A stretch of 60,899 nucleotides of DNA. It comes from a virus (taxonomy: Duplodnaviria; Caudoviricetes). Location of the stretch: IMG/VR virus record IMGVR_UViG_3300009164_002363, positions 1 to 60,899 of that record; one strand, given 5' to 3'. The stretch's first letter is position 1, and every line of letters starts with the position of its first letter. The notes under the pieces were generated by a model. That model was not told the origin of the DNA, searched no databases, and saw only the letters and a program-made list of their open reading frames with translations. The position numbers and the translations under genes are program-made. Positions 28,901 through 39,300 of this stretch are shown here, in pieces.

Positions 28901-31900
28901 ATTAATGTAGAATCATTATTTGCAAATTGCACATATGTTCCAAATTGATCGCCGCTATCTTTTGTTATGCTTGCAATTGTTTGGTATGGCGTACTGGTAT
29001 TATCAGTTTCGTATATGTATACATTGCCGTTGTTATTTCCAACAGCAATATACTGCGACGATTGTGATAAAGAAATACTTTCACCAGCAATGCTAGTAAT
29101 TGTATTTGACAACACGTAGCTAGTTGATATTAATGTATATACTTGTACTTCGTCGTCAGTTGGCACTGCTGCGGCAAACACGCTACCGTCTGCAGATATT
29201 GTAATATTTTCAACATTAGATATTGATAGAGGATCTACATAGTCTGCCCACGGACTACTTGCAGTAGTTTGATAAAAATAAACTGTATCAGCAGCTGACA
29301 CTGCTAGTATATAAGTATTACCTAATTTAGCAAATGCTAGTTTAGATCCAAATAGTTCGGCGGCGGCTGCATCCTGACTTGTAATATAGTTAACAAATGT
29401 ATACCCAATACCTAGTGTTTTATAATATAGAGATACATAACCTTGATTATCATATCCGCTACTATTAACATTACTTGCAGATGGGGCTGCGATTGCTAGC
29501 CACATGCCGTCTGCAGATAATACAGTTTCTACGCCAAATTCTTGACCTGCAATATCGGCAATTGTCGTATCTAATACTATTGATTGATTCTGAATCCAAT
29601 TGTATGTTGGAGCTACATCATACGTTGAAATTGTATTTTTTCTATCTAAGATAATTATCTGATCTGCATCTGTTACAACAGCCGTTGTTCCGTTTTGTGA
29701 TAGTGTAACTTTCTTTCCAAAATTTATTCCAGTAAGATCAGGAATAGTAGCAAGATCAATATTAAAAGAATTGTATACTTTATTATTTTCGTAAACTCCC
29801 CAAGTACCATTACCAGAATCTTTAGTCCACACTAATTCGCTAGGTTTAATACTAGTTGGCAAATTGTCATTTACATCATCAACTGTACTAAACAAACAGG
29901 GAATGAATTGATATAATATTATACCTGGAGGCTCAGGTAACGGCTCCCAACCTGTTGCTACTGCACGAATAACAATCTTACGAGGCGTCGAAGCACTTGG
30001 CGTTCCACCAACACGTTCTACACCAACTGAGTATACTGTGTAAAAACCATCTTTTGGAACAGGAACATTAGTAAGTCCTACTATATCTCCAGCAACTACA
30101 TCAGGAACTATATTGCAAGTAAGAACTATTTCTCCAAGTTTACTAGTAGAGTTATAAAAATATTCTGCCTTAGTTACGTTAAATGCACTTTGCGTAAATC
30201 TGTAGATATTCCATCTTTCTTTAAAACTGTTCAACGTATTTTCAAATGCACACCATACATAGTCGCCTTCGACGAAAGTGCTGATATCATTCTGTAGGGC
30301 ATCGCTTAATACGTCAACGCTTAAATTTACATCGTCATATCTAACAAATCCCGGAGTACGTAGATATTGTTTAGTCCCAGTTACAGTCCATATATTGTTA
30401 TTATATCCTAATGGTTTAATATAGACATCTGAAGGACGTTGTCTATATACAAAATCTACAACAGTAGCATCAATAGTCGATACTAATTCTATAGGTTGTG
30501 GATTGATTTTAAATTGTGATTCGTCTAAAATAAATTCTGTTTCATTAAACGAAGTAACTGCACCGTAATCGCCAACACGAACTGCCCATTCTTCATCAAA
30601 TGTTAAACTTTCCATGCCGTCAGCACTGAGTACATCAAACAATTTGTTAAGCACATTTTGTGTGCCTTTTTCAATGATCATTCCTTGATAAAATTTGTAT
30701 TGACTTACATCGTCTTTGATAATATTTTCAAGGTACTGGCGCTTCTGATAACCAATTAAGTGTTGTGCAAATTTTTGTTGCTCAGCATCAAAGTTATCTG
30801 TATCTAAATCATAGAAGTCAGTAAATTGCTCAGATCGATAATCCCAGTTAGCAACCATTTTTGCTGTGGGCTTGCTATCAAGCATTGCCCAATCAGCAGC
30901 ATTAAATTCTTGGACTCCGGGAAGGGTTGATAATGCAGAATAATAAAATTCTTTGTATTTTACAATATCACCTAACTTGTAATCAGTCCACATAGACCAA
31001 TCATTTATTCTAGCTTGATCAAAAATAAATCCAGGAATATTAAATCCGCCGTTCCAATTTTGACTAACATAGCCGATAACTTTAATACGTTCTTGACGGT
31101 ATCCAGGTTCAAGATCATAAATTACATCATTAAACAATGTTCGATTATCTAAAATCAATACATGTTCTTTCTGTATCATATAAAATACTGCACCATATAT
31201 TCCGTGGGTAGTACTTTTAGGTGTTATTGAAAATTGACTCGTAGCATCATTTCTATAGGTATTAGTAAATTCAGGATCTAATTTTTGACCATCTACTCTA
31301 AATATTTTATAACCAAAGAATGGATCTAATAAATCATTTACTACACTCTTACTAGTTTGTAGTGTTATTCTATTAGCAGCGGGACTTAAAGACAATACTG
31401 CGCCGGCGCCCCAGTTTTGTGTCGTCCAGAACATAAATTCTTTTACAGCAGTTTCCCAGTTGGTAATAGACTTTAATGTAGTATTAAAGTCGTCGAATAT
31501 AAAACCTTGAGCAGTTAAGTAAGATCCGTACCCTTGTAGGAAATCTACTACTTCTTGTACAGTAGCTAGTTTTGTACCGTAACCTAAAGTTAGTGCTACA
31601 GTAGTATCCCATGATTTTCTAATATCAGCATCACGACCGCCCGTAACTGGGAGACTAGCGAGTCTAGAAAATAATGCATTATCAAATGTATCAGTTGCTG
31701 TATGAGTAACATTTACTCTGTAATATCGATTACCATAAAATACAATGCCGCCTGCTACATATTTTTTTCCTGCAGACCAAACTATATAACTTTCAGAAAT
31801 GCCGCCAACATTAATTGTCCTAGCAGATTCTAACCATGGATGATAATTAAAATACGGCTGCTCGTTATAATACCCGCTTATTTCAAAGCCGTCAGCATGT

Positions 31901-34900
31901 TTAGTAATAACTACACCACTATAGGCTACTTTTTTAACTGCTGATGAAGTATTTAAGAAAACAGTATAGTTTTCTTCAGGAATAAAAATGCTGCCGGTAC
32001 TGGTTGGATTCTTACTATCTAATAACAATTTAAATTTATTCTTTGCAGTAAATCCACCTAACTTAATTCCAAGATTATTAGTTAATGTGTCTAAGTCAGT
32101 TTGATATTGATTAATTAAAAACGTTGTATCATTAGTTAGATAGTCAATAATATAATTAATTAGACCAGATGTTAATACTCTTGATGCGCTTGCTGCGGTG
32201 GACGGCAATACAATATCAGTAAGGCGAATACGTAGTCCACTAGTAGAGTATACTAATTGTCCACTAAGATTACGCACAATTCGACTTCTATCTAAACAAG
32301 TACCCAACACTTTATTAGGTTGCATTAACAATGCTGCTTGAATAATTGCAAAAGGATAATGCCCCGAACGTCTCCATGCAGACTCAACTGGGCCAACGTC
32401 ACCAAATGAATAATATCCCTCAGCTGTTGGTTTGATCAAACCGCTTACAAAATTAGAGTTCAGCGGGTCTTGTAACTCACCAGTCTCCGTTACAGGAGTT
32501 CCTTTAGCCAATATTGATTTTGCAAATTTTTCTAATCGTCTAATGGGCTTACTTGGTTCTCTGACTATTCCCTGACGAATATCATCCCACATGATTAAGT
32601 TATTGCTAGTATATGGTGCTGGTCCATAGACTTCTTGCCACCAATGAGGAGGTAAGCTAAATCCCAAACATTCCCATGGATGAGTATGCGGACGATCTGT
32701 ATCTAATAACCAGCGGTATACACCTCTCCAGTATGCAGGAACAGACGAACCATCAGGTGCATAATTACCACGGTAATTAAAAGTAAATGGATTTAGTCTA
32801 TCCCACCATTCGACATTTTGTTTAGTAAAATCTTGTCCAACATAGCTAGTCCATTGATAAAAGAACGTACTTAGTATAGTTTCGTATTCTTCTTTTGAAT
32901 AGACTGTTGCTCTATCATACCCAGGAATATAATCATGGATATTAAAAATGTCAGGATTATATTGTACTTTGATATTATTAAAGATACGTTTTTCTAATTC
33001 TAAAATTAAATCATCTCGGTAATCACCAAAAGCAATTGTTATACTACCGTCGTGCCCTTGTATAACTTCAGTTGGCTCTGTATAGGTAGTATCTAAAAAT
33101 TTTGAAGGAATAAATTTAGGATACAATCCTAATTTAGTAGGAGTAGCTGGGCAAAACGATCCGTCAGTACTTTCGTATTCCACAGCAGTAAGCATGTCTC
33201 CTTCTGCTAGATCAGTTAATATTTCAAAGAATACATCTGTACCAAATATATAATCACGTCCCTCTACAAGTTGTACATCATTAAGATAGATATTGACAGA
33301 TTTGTTTGACAACACTGTTAGATTAAATCCTACCGTTAATGGATATATTTTAGTACGAGGATCTAGTACTGTATATTCAGATATATTTGATGCTGCATAT
33401 CCGTACATGTCTGATAGGTAATACGGACGAGAAGTTGATTTATCTTTTGCTAGCTCTGCTAATACCATATCAACATGACGACGTGCGTCTGTATCAATTC
33501 CAGAACTTGTTGCTGCTACAATAAATGCTCGTTTAAATTTACTGTAGTCATCTCGAGCTTGTTCGAGTGCTTTAAAAACATTAGCAGTCGTTGACCCAAA
33601 ATGGTATAAACTTAAATTTACTGGACCCGAGTGCTGAATAAAACGTGTGCCGTAAGGTGTTACATTTCCAATATCTCGTAAATTACCAGTTCCGGGATAT
33701 GTACCAATAAATGTATCAATGTTATCAATAATAGTATCGACATGATCAATTACTTGACCTAACGTAAATTCTGATAAGTTATTATTCAGCGGATTATTTT
33801 GCAGATTAACCGGGACTTCATAATATCCGTTATCATTTTTTTGCTGCGCTGAAAAACACTTTAATGTAACTACATCCGTTAAAGAAACATTGGTTGTTAA
33901 TACTACATATTTTCTAACAACGTTAGTAGCAATTGTATACTTAGATCTTGCTAGACGTTTACCGTTAATATATACCCTAACTTCCAAATCATCTAAATTA
34001 TCTACCTGAGAATATACGTCTATAGGAAAATTGTTAATTAATCCACTTTCTTTAAAATTTCTAACAATAGGTTGTATATTTTGTATTTGTGTTGTTTTCC
34101 AACCATTAACATAATTAACCGTAGTTAATCCTACAATTAATTTTAAGAATCCAGAATCAGTAGTTGAGGTAATAATGTCAACTACTTTCTTATAGGTAAA
34201 CTTGTCTGCTATTAAATTAAATTCAAAACTAATATCACCAATGTTGTTTATATTTTGATATGCTAATGGAAATCCTAACTCGCTATCAGTAGTTCCTGTG
34301 CCTATCTTATATGAAAATAACTTGTTACCTGCAAAGGTTGTACCATCATATACTAATGCATTTCCATAACTTATTCCATTAGAATCAAATACGTCAAATA
34401 ATGGTGGCTGGTTAACTAGTGTTTTTTTCTGTCCAATTTTCCATGTGGTTCCGTTGTACCAATACATTACGCCTTGATTTACTGAACCCTCTTCAACTAG
34501 AACTGTTTCGTTTTCTAAGGGAAGACTATCATCAGCTTCAACTAAATTAATTTGTCTACGTAGACCAGAGAACACTTCTAATTTATGAACGTCCGAACCT
34601 GTATCAAAAATATTTGCAACAACTGTTAGATTTTTATCATTGTATAATTGTATCTGTGTAGAATTAAGTACTCGTACATAATAGGCTTTTCTGTTAGTCA
34701 ATCCAGCAATACTATCATTTCCGTTATTAAGATATAAAACTTGATTCCCCGTTGTTAGTCCGTGACCAATTGCATTAGTTAACACATTAGTTTCAATAGT
34801 TATAGTATTTGTTTCTGGATCAATTCCGGGCAATGCATAGAAACCTATCTGGCGGCCGGGCACTGTTACATTTACAAAATTGATATTAAAGATTCTGCCT

Positions 34901-36360
34901 TTGACTAATAAGTCGGTATCTGCTGTAAATAATACCCTCATGCCTTCTGCAAGATCTACGCCATCAATATTATACCCCAGCGTGCCTTCAATTGTTGAGA
35001 ATACATCTGTAGTAAATGTATCAATTAATGTAACATTTGTTTTTGCTTGATGGCCAAAATTAAATAATTTTAAGCCAGCATCAAATTCAATAATAGGACG
35101 AATTGCTCGAGCAGATTGATCTAAGGACGGTACTTGGCCAGCGGCTGTAGCTGCTGCAATAATTACATCTTGGTGGAACCAACGGTTATATCGGCTCCAC
35201 GGATTTCTATCTATACTGCCACGGGCAACTAGAATGTAATCTTTTCTCTGCGGGAAAGAAGTTGCTGTACTAAAAGGACTTTGATCAAATGCATCATCAT
35301 CAAACAACAGTGCTTTTTCTTGAGAATAAGAACTAATAATCTCTAAGTCAACTTCGGAAACTAAACGAATAGCAGTGCCAACTCCTTCAACATACCAGTA
35401 TCCAATAGAATAATTTAGAGGGTATATGTTACCTGTAAACTTTACTTTCATACCGTTTGATAGCGGGATTCCACTATTCATAGTATAAGTTTTTTTGCCT
35501 AACACATCAGCTTCAACATTTAAGTAAGTGTTATCGTCAATATCTAATACATGAAATGCGCCGCCGGTATCAGCACCGTTTTCGCTAACATAGTATAATA
35601 CATCAGGGGCATTAACACCAACAGTAAATGTTACTGTACCAAATTCAACTGCTGATGCAGATACCCCAACGGTATATCTTTCAAGATCACCAGCTACTCT
35701 AGAAGTCTTAATACTAAAAGGATTACCTAAGCTATTAATTACAAAAGTATAAGTTTGACCTCTATATAACGTCAACGTAGGATTACGGGTTAGACCGTCA
35801 GGAGAGAATAAAAATGCATAGTTGTCTGACTCGTCAACTGCTTCAACGGTATATGTACTTTCTATAGCTAATTGTTGCCCGGCTATTTCAATAGGAGCTG
35901 GTCCATACGGTAACCAATAGTATTGTTGATAATTAACAAACTTGTCCCAATTAATATGAGGGTTCCACGAATATGATTCTTGGCGGTTTACCCTTTCATG
36001 ATTTTGCACATTGCCGCCAGATACATCAATATGGTTAATATGGTCAATATAATCTTTATAAAAGTTAGTATTACCAAGGTAATCTTGAATAACTGCTGCT
36101 GGTTCTAATTGATAATTTTGGCGAGTAGTATCTGCGGCTGTTACAAAAATATCACTCGAAGTTACTGCCTTTGCATTTTGACGACCAATATATCCGTTAA
36201 CTTTTTTAACCGTGCCCGGTTGAGTTAACTGATCTAAAGTTGCTTGTAAAAACTTTTTATTACTGTCTGTTCTAAAAATTCTTGGCAATAAATTAGCAGA
36301 TTCTCTGCCTTCTGAACTTGTCAAAGGAATGCCTGATTCGTTTTGATCGTTATTTGCCAT
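22948..36360 (-). CDS. giant virion structural protein (4470 aa), probably baseplate wedge gp7-like
   Basis: Uninterrupted 13.4-kb ORF directly after gp6; GxGY...P...GxGA repeats, FG-GAP-like blades, many short beta repeats. Confidence 0.75.
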   Translation of the reverse strand: MANNDQNESGIPLTSSEGRESANLLPRIFRTDSNKKFLQATLDQLTQPGTVKKVNGYIGRQNAKAVTSSDIFVTAADTTRQNYQLEPAAVIQDYLGNTNFYKDYIDHINHIDVSGGNVQNHERVNRQESYSWNPHINWDKFVNYQQYYWLPYGPAPIEIAGQQLAIESTYTVEAVDESDNYAFLFSPDGLTRNPTLTLYRGQTYTFVINSLGNPFSIKTSRVAGDLERYTVGVSASAVEFGTVTFTVGVNAPDVLYYVSENGADTGGAFHVLDIDDNTYLNVEADVLGKKTYTMNSGIPLSNGMKVKFTGNIYPLNYSIGYWYVEGVGTAIRLVSEVDLEIISSYSQEKALLFDDDAFDQSPFSTATSFPQRKDYILVARGSIDRNPWSRYNRWFHQDVIIAAATAAGQVPSLDQSARAIRPIIEFDAGLKLFNFGHQAKTNVTLIDTFTTDVFSTIEGTLGYNIDGVDLAEGMRVLFTADTDLLVKGRIFNINFVNVTVPGRQIGFYALPGIDPETNTITIETNVLTNAIGHGLTTGNQVLYLNNGNDSIAGLTNRKAYYVRVLNSTQIQLYNDKNLTVVANIFDTGSDVHKLEVFSGLRRQINLVEADDSLPLENETVLVEEGSVNQGVMYWYNGTTWKIGQKKTLVNQPPLFDVFDSNGISYGNALVYDGTTFAGNKLFSYKIGTGTTDSELGFPLAYQNINNIGDISFEFNLIADKFTYKKVVDIITSTTDSGFLKLIVGLTTVNYVNGWKTTQIQNIQPIVRNFKESGLINNFPIDVYSQVDNLDDLEVRVYINGKRLARSKYTIATNVVRKYVVLTTNVSLTDVVTLKCFSAQQKNDNGYYEVPVNLQNNPLNNNLSEFTLGQVIDHVDTIIDNIDTFIGTYPGTGNLRDIGNVTPYGTRFIQHSGPVNLSLYHFGSTTANVFKALEQARDDYSKFKRAFIVAATSSGIDTDARRHVDMVLAELAKDKSTSRPYYLSDMYGYAASNISEYTVLDPRTKIYPLTVGFNLTVLSNKSVNIYLNDVQLVEGRDYIFGTDVFFEILTDLAEGDMLTAVEYESTDGSFCPATPTKLGLYPKFIPSKFLDTTYTEPTEVIQGHDGSITIAFGDYRDDLILELEKRIFNNIKVQYNPDIFNIHDYIPGYDRATVYSKEEYETILSTFFYQWTSYVGQDFTKQNVEWWDRLNPFTFNYRGNYAPDGSSVPAYWRGVYRWLLDTDRPHTHPWECLGFSLPPHWWQEVYGPAPYTSNNLIMWDDIRQGIVREPSKPIRRLEKFAKSILAKGTPVTETGELQDPLNSNFVSGLIKPTAEGYYSFGDVGPVESAWRRSGHYPFAIIQAALLMQPNKVLGTCLDRSRIVRNLSGQLVYSTSGLRIRLTDIVLPSTAASASRVLTSGLINYIIDYLTNDTTFLINQYQTDLDTLTNNLGIKLGGFTAKNKFKLLLDSKNPTSTGSIFIPEENYTVFLNTSSAVKKVAYSGVVITKHADGFEISGYYNEQPYFNYHPWLESARTINVGGISESYIVWSAGKKYVAGGIVFYGNRYYRVNVTHTATDTFDNALFSRLASLPVTGGRDADIRKSWDTTVALTLGYGTKLATVQEVVDFLQGYGSYLTAQGFIFDDFNTTLKSITNWETAVKEFMFWTTQNWGAGAVLSLSPAANRITLQTSKSVVNDLLDPFFGYKIFRVDGQKLDPEFTNTYRNDATSQFSITPKSTTHGIYGAVFYMIQKEHVLILDNRTLFNDVIYDLEPGYRQERIKVIGYVSQNWNGGFNIPGFIFDQARINDWSMWTDYKLGDIVKYKEFYYSALSTLPGVQEFNAADWAMLDSKPTAKMVANWDYRSEQFTDFYDLDTDNFDAEQQKFAQHLIGYQKRQYLENIIKDDVSQYKFYQGMIIEKGTQNVLNKLFDVLSADGMESLTFDEEWAVRVGDYGAVTSFNETEFILDESQFKINPQPIELVSTIDATVVDFVYRQRPSDVYIKPLGYNNNIWTVTGTKQYLRTPGFVRYDDVNLSVDVLSDALQNDISTFVEGDYVWCAFENTLNSFKERWNIYRFTQSAFNVTKAEYFYNSTSKLGEIVLTCNIVPDVVAGDIVGLTNVPVPKDGFYTVYSVGVERVGGTPSASTPRKIVIRAVATGWEPLPEPPGIILYQFIPCLFSTVDDVNDNLPTSIKPSELVWTKDSGNGTWGVYENNKVYNSFNIDLATIPDLTGINFGKKVTLSQNGTTAVVTDADQIIILDRKNTISTYDVAPTYNWIQNQSIVLDTTIADIAGQEFGVETVLSADGMWLAIAAPSASNVNSSGYDNQGYVSLYYKTLGIGYTFVNYITSQDAAAAELFGSKLAFAKLGNTYILAVSAADTVYFYQTTASSPWADYVDPLSISNVENITISADGSVFAAAVPTDDEVQVYTLISTSYVLSNTITSIAGESISLSQSSQYIAVGNNNGNVYIYETDNTSTPYQTIASITKDSGDQFGTYVQFANNDSTLIVFATGASRIDIYDLYGTEFLYGESVSSTTVSYGASIAAGNNTIIVGAPDAAASAGAVFSYVKYPEQRSWTLRVQEQPRPNISNVKKAYLYNKITNKIVTYLDVVDPIQGKIPGPAEQEIRYKTYFDPATYSTGTSAVNVDSGLNWTKSQVGMLWWDLTRAKFLDNQGGEVVYRSTTWNKLYKTASIDIYEWVETKYLPSEWDKLADTTKGLAAGISGQSRYGDAIYSVKNKYDTVGQKLIPTYYFWVKHKKITPNVPGRTLSAESISSLISDPIGYGYTCVAPTGTSSFSLVNFNNLLEGNDIVLNFQTWLIDNHDINMHSQWKIISEYVNTTIPKNIENKWIDSLIGKDSNDRVVPDTNLPLKNRYGIEFRPRQGMFVNRVEALKQYIEHVNSILMDHLIVDDFDISDLMLSEPAPSTVSGLWDTTIDFETELKFVGTSTLVDAKLRAVTENGVITDVLIDNPGYGYKNPPIIKISSSGSGAVLTPVLDAVGRIINVHIENAGRNYFDDTILTTRSYSVLVLSDTNSFDKWSIYAWNSKDKVWDRARSQSYDVTKFWNYADWYATGYTQFTKIDYLVDNTYYLVTLSANIGSIVKVKNIGTGGWLLLEKYNNLTTIDYTQNYKVVGRQDGTIQFSSSIYTFINSSVGFDNQLFDASLYDNFAAAELRIIISTIKDKILVDDLRVDYLKLFFASLRYVLHEQIFVDWAFKTSFVKATHNVGELKEKVTYNNDNLSNFEDYINEVKPYRTKIREYVSSYNKTDYARQSTTDFDLIPLVNDNLTVTPMSVTVQADGSIAAGSNNILSYPWKHWYDHVGFTVQSIEIFDGGSGYITQPIVKIEGGFGSGAQAKAYISNGKVNRIDLISGGTGYLKAPTVIIDGGLSETGTAATVVAIIESEVVRANKVAIKFDRITRDYYTSGELNKVSEDLLGTGSRVQFALKWSPRIEIGSVSIKLYPAGINPDTAGVTGIDILRGEYKLSTKKSTSKGYTSYSGLLTLDTAPAIGEKIRIIYERNFEHLSAADRIKFFYKPTAGMLGVDLSQLMHGIDYDGVQLQGMGFGATGGWDALPWFTDEWDGFDPKYDDRIITVNTAGDYDHTLGYVPAAGEIINVYISRYTPTPTFNIISATESALSDKSVWITTSAPHGFTANMFVTIAGVTAGNYNGTYRIRQVISENVFSINLDTTVDLGSAGTVFAYTYSAPIRLDDPNFTTYPMLDKPTVVMASIIADGITDLVTIPDAHLTINNKDKIILRKSTSDGSILPQPNEYDTQLQGGAFDGSTLTTATGYAPADINIDGDDFVTPTTSHAPEEIVPGHITDAVAIKVYHRPAGGAPNILFKNYKGNGTTTEFIIGQYFATDRSVIVKVGNEIIDQLDYTIDWSSNLIKFDTAPITDSVVSVISIGFNGEDILDLDYFIADGSTTEYVTRAPWLEGALNSTVLVNGVVADYELFKTDSTYDSPNRVAIRFGEAVEENTLINYMIDTSTSIQTSSVVKSQIITTNGVDTSYNLDNLNSSLLPGNRLQPYETNIIVRKGQEILRPPTVMYFSMLDNKLSYSIPAHKFATYTINATDIQVYSDSNKLTPGVEYIVDLLGITIELAQSSYVENAKLAVVVNLDSDYSVTNNGTIEFATVYPDNTDIEIITFYNHMLLDIDRTTDVFVPSTILTPGTTDYYEFTNKLGGQFSLRRPAVSDDFVWVIKNGTLLTHSVDYVVEDDRVTVKLKDWLVNTDVVQVMLFSDETITTSFGFMQFKDMLNRVHYKRLREDKASTLAVDLIQSDIEITVTDGAVFSLPNPALNLPGIIEINGERIEYFTKIGNVLGQLRRGTLGTGTPVVHAAGESVQDIGPTETIPYTDTIIVNTFVSDGVTTNLGNLAYTPTDVNEVDVFVNGYRLKKAEYNLFVESNNYPNSPYPYSPEGDSTFPAEFSVDGTTNGITLTTAAAEKTKVVIVKKELKLWEDEGKSLANSNNKIANFLKENATVWPR

Positions 36361-39300
36361 TAGTAACTCCCACTAGTAATAGACTGTGTACTTAATGTAG
36401 ATGATGTCATAGTTATTGTTCCGCTACTGTTAATCTTACTAGCAGTTACAGCTGATATAATTTCAAGGTTGTCAATGGTTGCACCATTAATAAAAATTTG
36501 ATCTTTTTCTGATCGTATTTCATATAGGCCACCAAACGATAATGTAGTGTCTTTAGGTACTATTAAAAAGTTTACAATGTTAGGAGTTAGTCGACTCATT
36601 ACATAAGATGACAGTTCACTAAAATAAAAACTGTCACCAAAGTCCCAATTTTCAAGTGCAAAAAACTCGTTAATTGCTGATAGTACTCTTGACTTAACAT
36701 CATTATCACTAATAACAATTTCTGAATTTTTTACAATTTTAAAAGTTGCTTGTACATCTAATGATGCTTTTTCTCCAAATAATACTTTATATTTTACTGG
36801 GTGATAAATTAGTTCGTCGCTGATTGATTTAATCTTATTAAGATCAGTAGACAATAATGTATACAAATAGTCAGTACTAGGTGCTAGTGGTTCAGTAGTA
36901 CGAGAACCGGCTAACCACTGACGATATGTTTTATCATACTGTTTGGTTAAAATAAATGTATCTATAATATTTGTTAATCCTGGATCTATACGAGATTCAT
37001 AATCTGCATTATGAATATATTGGAATTTAACATCTTTGCGGCCATTATATACTTTGTAATTTAATGATAGTGTAAAAGATGAATTGCTGTTAAGTTGTTT
37101 AACCACATCTACATCTTTAAAATAAAAATATTGACCATTGTTAAAATTTTGTAGCCCTTCATTAACAGTAGCCAATTCTGAATCTTTAATTAGTACCGTA
37201 CCGTTACTGTTATCAAACAATTTATAATCTTCTTGTCCTTGAGCAATAATATATCTTTCAAGTATTACATATTTTCTATCGTCTGCAACAGGATTTAATA
37301 TATCCATTTGATCAACAATTTCTTCAAACAGCTCAGGATTATCAACTACGCTATCATCATCGGTATCACTAAACGTAATTTGAATTTTCTTTGTGTCAAC
37401 ATATCCGTCTAACCCGGTAAATTCTTCAGTAATCTCCCACTCACGATCGTAGGTAAATGAACTAATAAACGCTGGTGGTGCAGTGTTAATTCCTAATACT
37501 TTAATTTTATCTTTCACAATAGTATTAGTACGTGTATCATAAATCTTATCGCTTGCATCAAAGAAGAATCGAATTTGCTTATCGCTTTCAAAAATATATC
37601 TAATTAATCTCGATTTAACTGTATAAAATTCAGTATTAGTAGTAAACAATATTAACCAACTAGAATCTCTTTGCTGGTTAGAATTATTACCTTGATTAGC
37701 TGTACTAAAATTTTCTAAGGTATTTAAGTTAACTTCAAATACAATTTTCCAAGTGGCTGTTTCAGTATCGTATCGCAGGCCAAATGGCTTATTTGAAAAT
37801 ATCAAATCTACCATTGTGGCAATTACTGTTGGGCTAATAGCTGCCTTCCATGCTGGAATAATTGCAGATAATATTGAAGTCTCTGGGATGATATCGTTTA
37901 GAATTACTGTTCCGGATCCGTCAATAAGTGTACCAGATCCTGCATTCGTACCATCACCTACAACAGATATTACTTTTACCCATAACGAATCTGTTGAGTT
38001 TGCAGCTGGATTTGCAGGGTCAATAGTTTCTAATTTATTGTCATTAGATTTATTAAAATATTTGTTAGCTGGTGCCGTAAATTTTAATAGTGAACCAGCT
38101 GTAACAAATCGTAAATTAGTACTGGTATATGAGCCAAGCATAACGGGAACTCCGGACGTTCTAAGAGATCCAGTTGACTGATTAGTGTCCACAGTGTTAC
38201 TATACCATGTGACATTCTCAATTGTAACTCTAGAAAATTTCGAATAGTAGAAATCACGCAGTTGAGCTGTCTTTAATGTTTCATAAACTTGGTTGTAAAT
38301 TACTGCTTCAATGTCAGTACGAGTAGTATAGTTAAATCTAAAACTACTTGTATATTCTTCTTTATATAAGGCACCGTCATCACCAAACAAATTAGTTTTA
38401 CTATATTTGCCGGTAGGGTCAACTAGGTCAAAGTATCGGCTAATGCCGCTGGCACTTCTATTAACTGCTTTGACTTTTATAACTTCTTGATTAATTCCAA
38501 GCGGACTTAGATTATAATCTTCAGCAGTAATCATCCTATTTTGTGTATAATAGGTAGAAGGTGCATTATTTTTAATGCTAGTGTTAGATTCAGCTTCTGT
38601 AGAATTACTAACTGATGATTGTAAACTTAATGTTAGTGTTAAAGTTTCAGCTTGTCCAAAATTAGACACGTATGGAACTTCAATAACTACGTTTTTAACA
38701 TCACGAGGATTAATTGTATAGCTAATGCCGTTGCTTGCACGATAGTAAACTCTAAATGTGCCTCTTGGTAGGTTACCAAATGTGCCGTCACTAAATGTTA
38801 AACTGATACGATCATTTGAACGAGTAGTAACATTATAGATGTTTTTAATAGACTTGTTTAAGCTATTATAGATGATATTATTACCTTCAAGACTTGGTAC
38901 TTTAGCCCAATATTCTGACTCAACGCCTGTTTGATTTAAGCGATATAACCATACGTCAGTGTTGTTAACATTAACTGCATCAAGGTCAACTGTTTCATTA
39001 GTTGCAGGTTGATCAATTGTAAATGTGCCTTGATTTAAGATTCCTTGTCTAAAATGTAGAAAGAATCCGCTATTGGTACTTCCGGCGCCACGACCGTCAT
39101 TTCTATAGACAAATCCTAATCGATTACCAATTGCAGGTGGCTCTTCGTAAATTTCTTCTGCGCCCTTAAATGTAGTAGATACTACTTCAAAACTCATGTT
39201 TCGTCCGTCAATAGCTTTTGTAAATGCGTAAACTGGTACACTGACATTAGCAGCTTGGAAGCGGTATTGTTCTGTGGGGATGTTGTATATGTCGGCTTTA

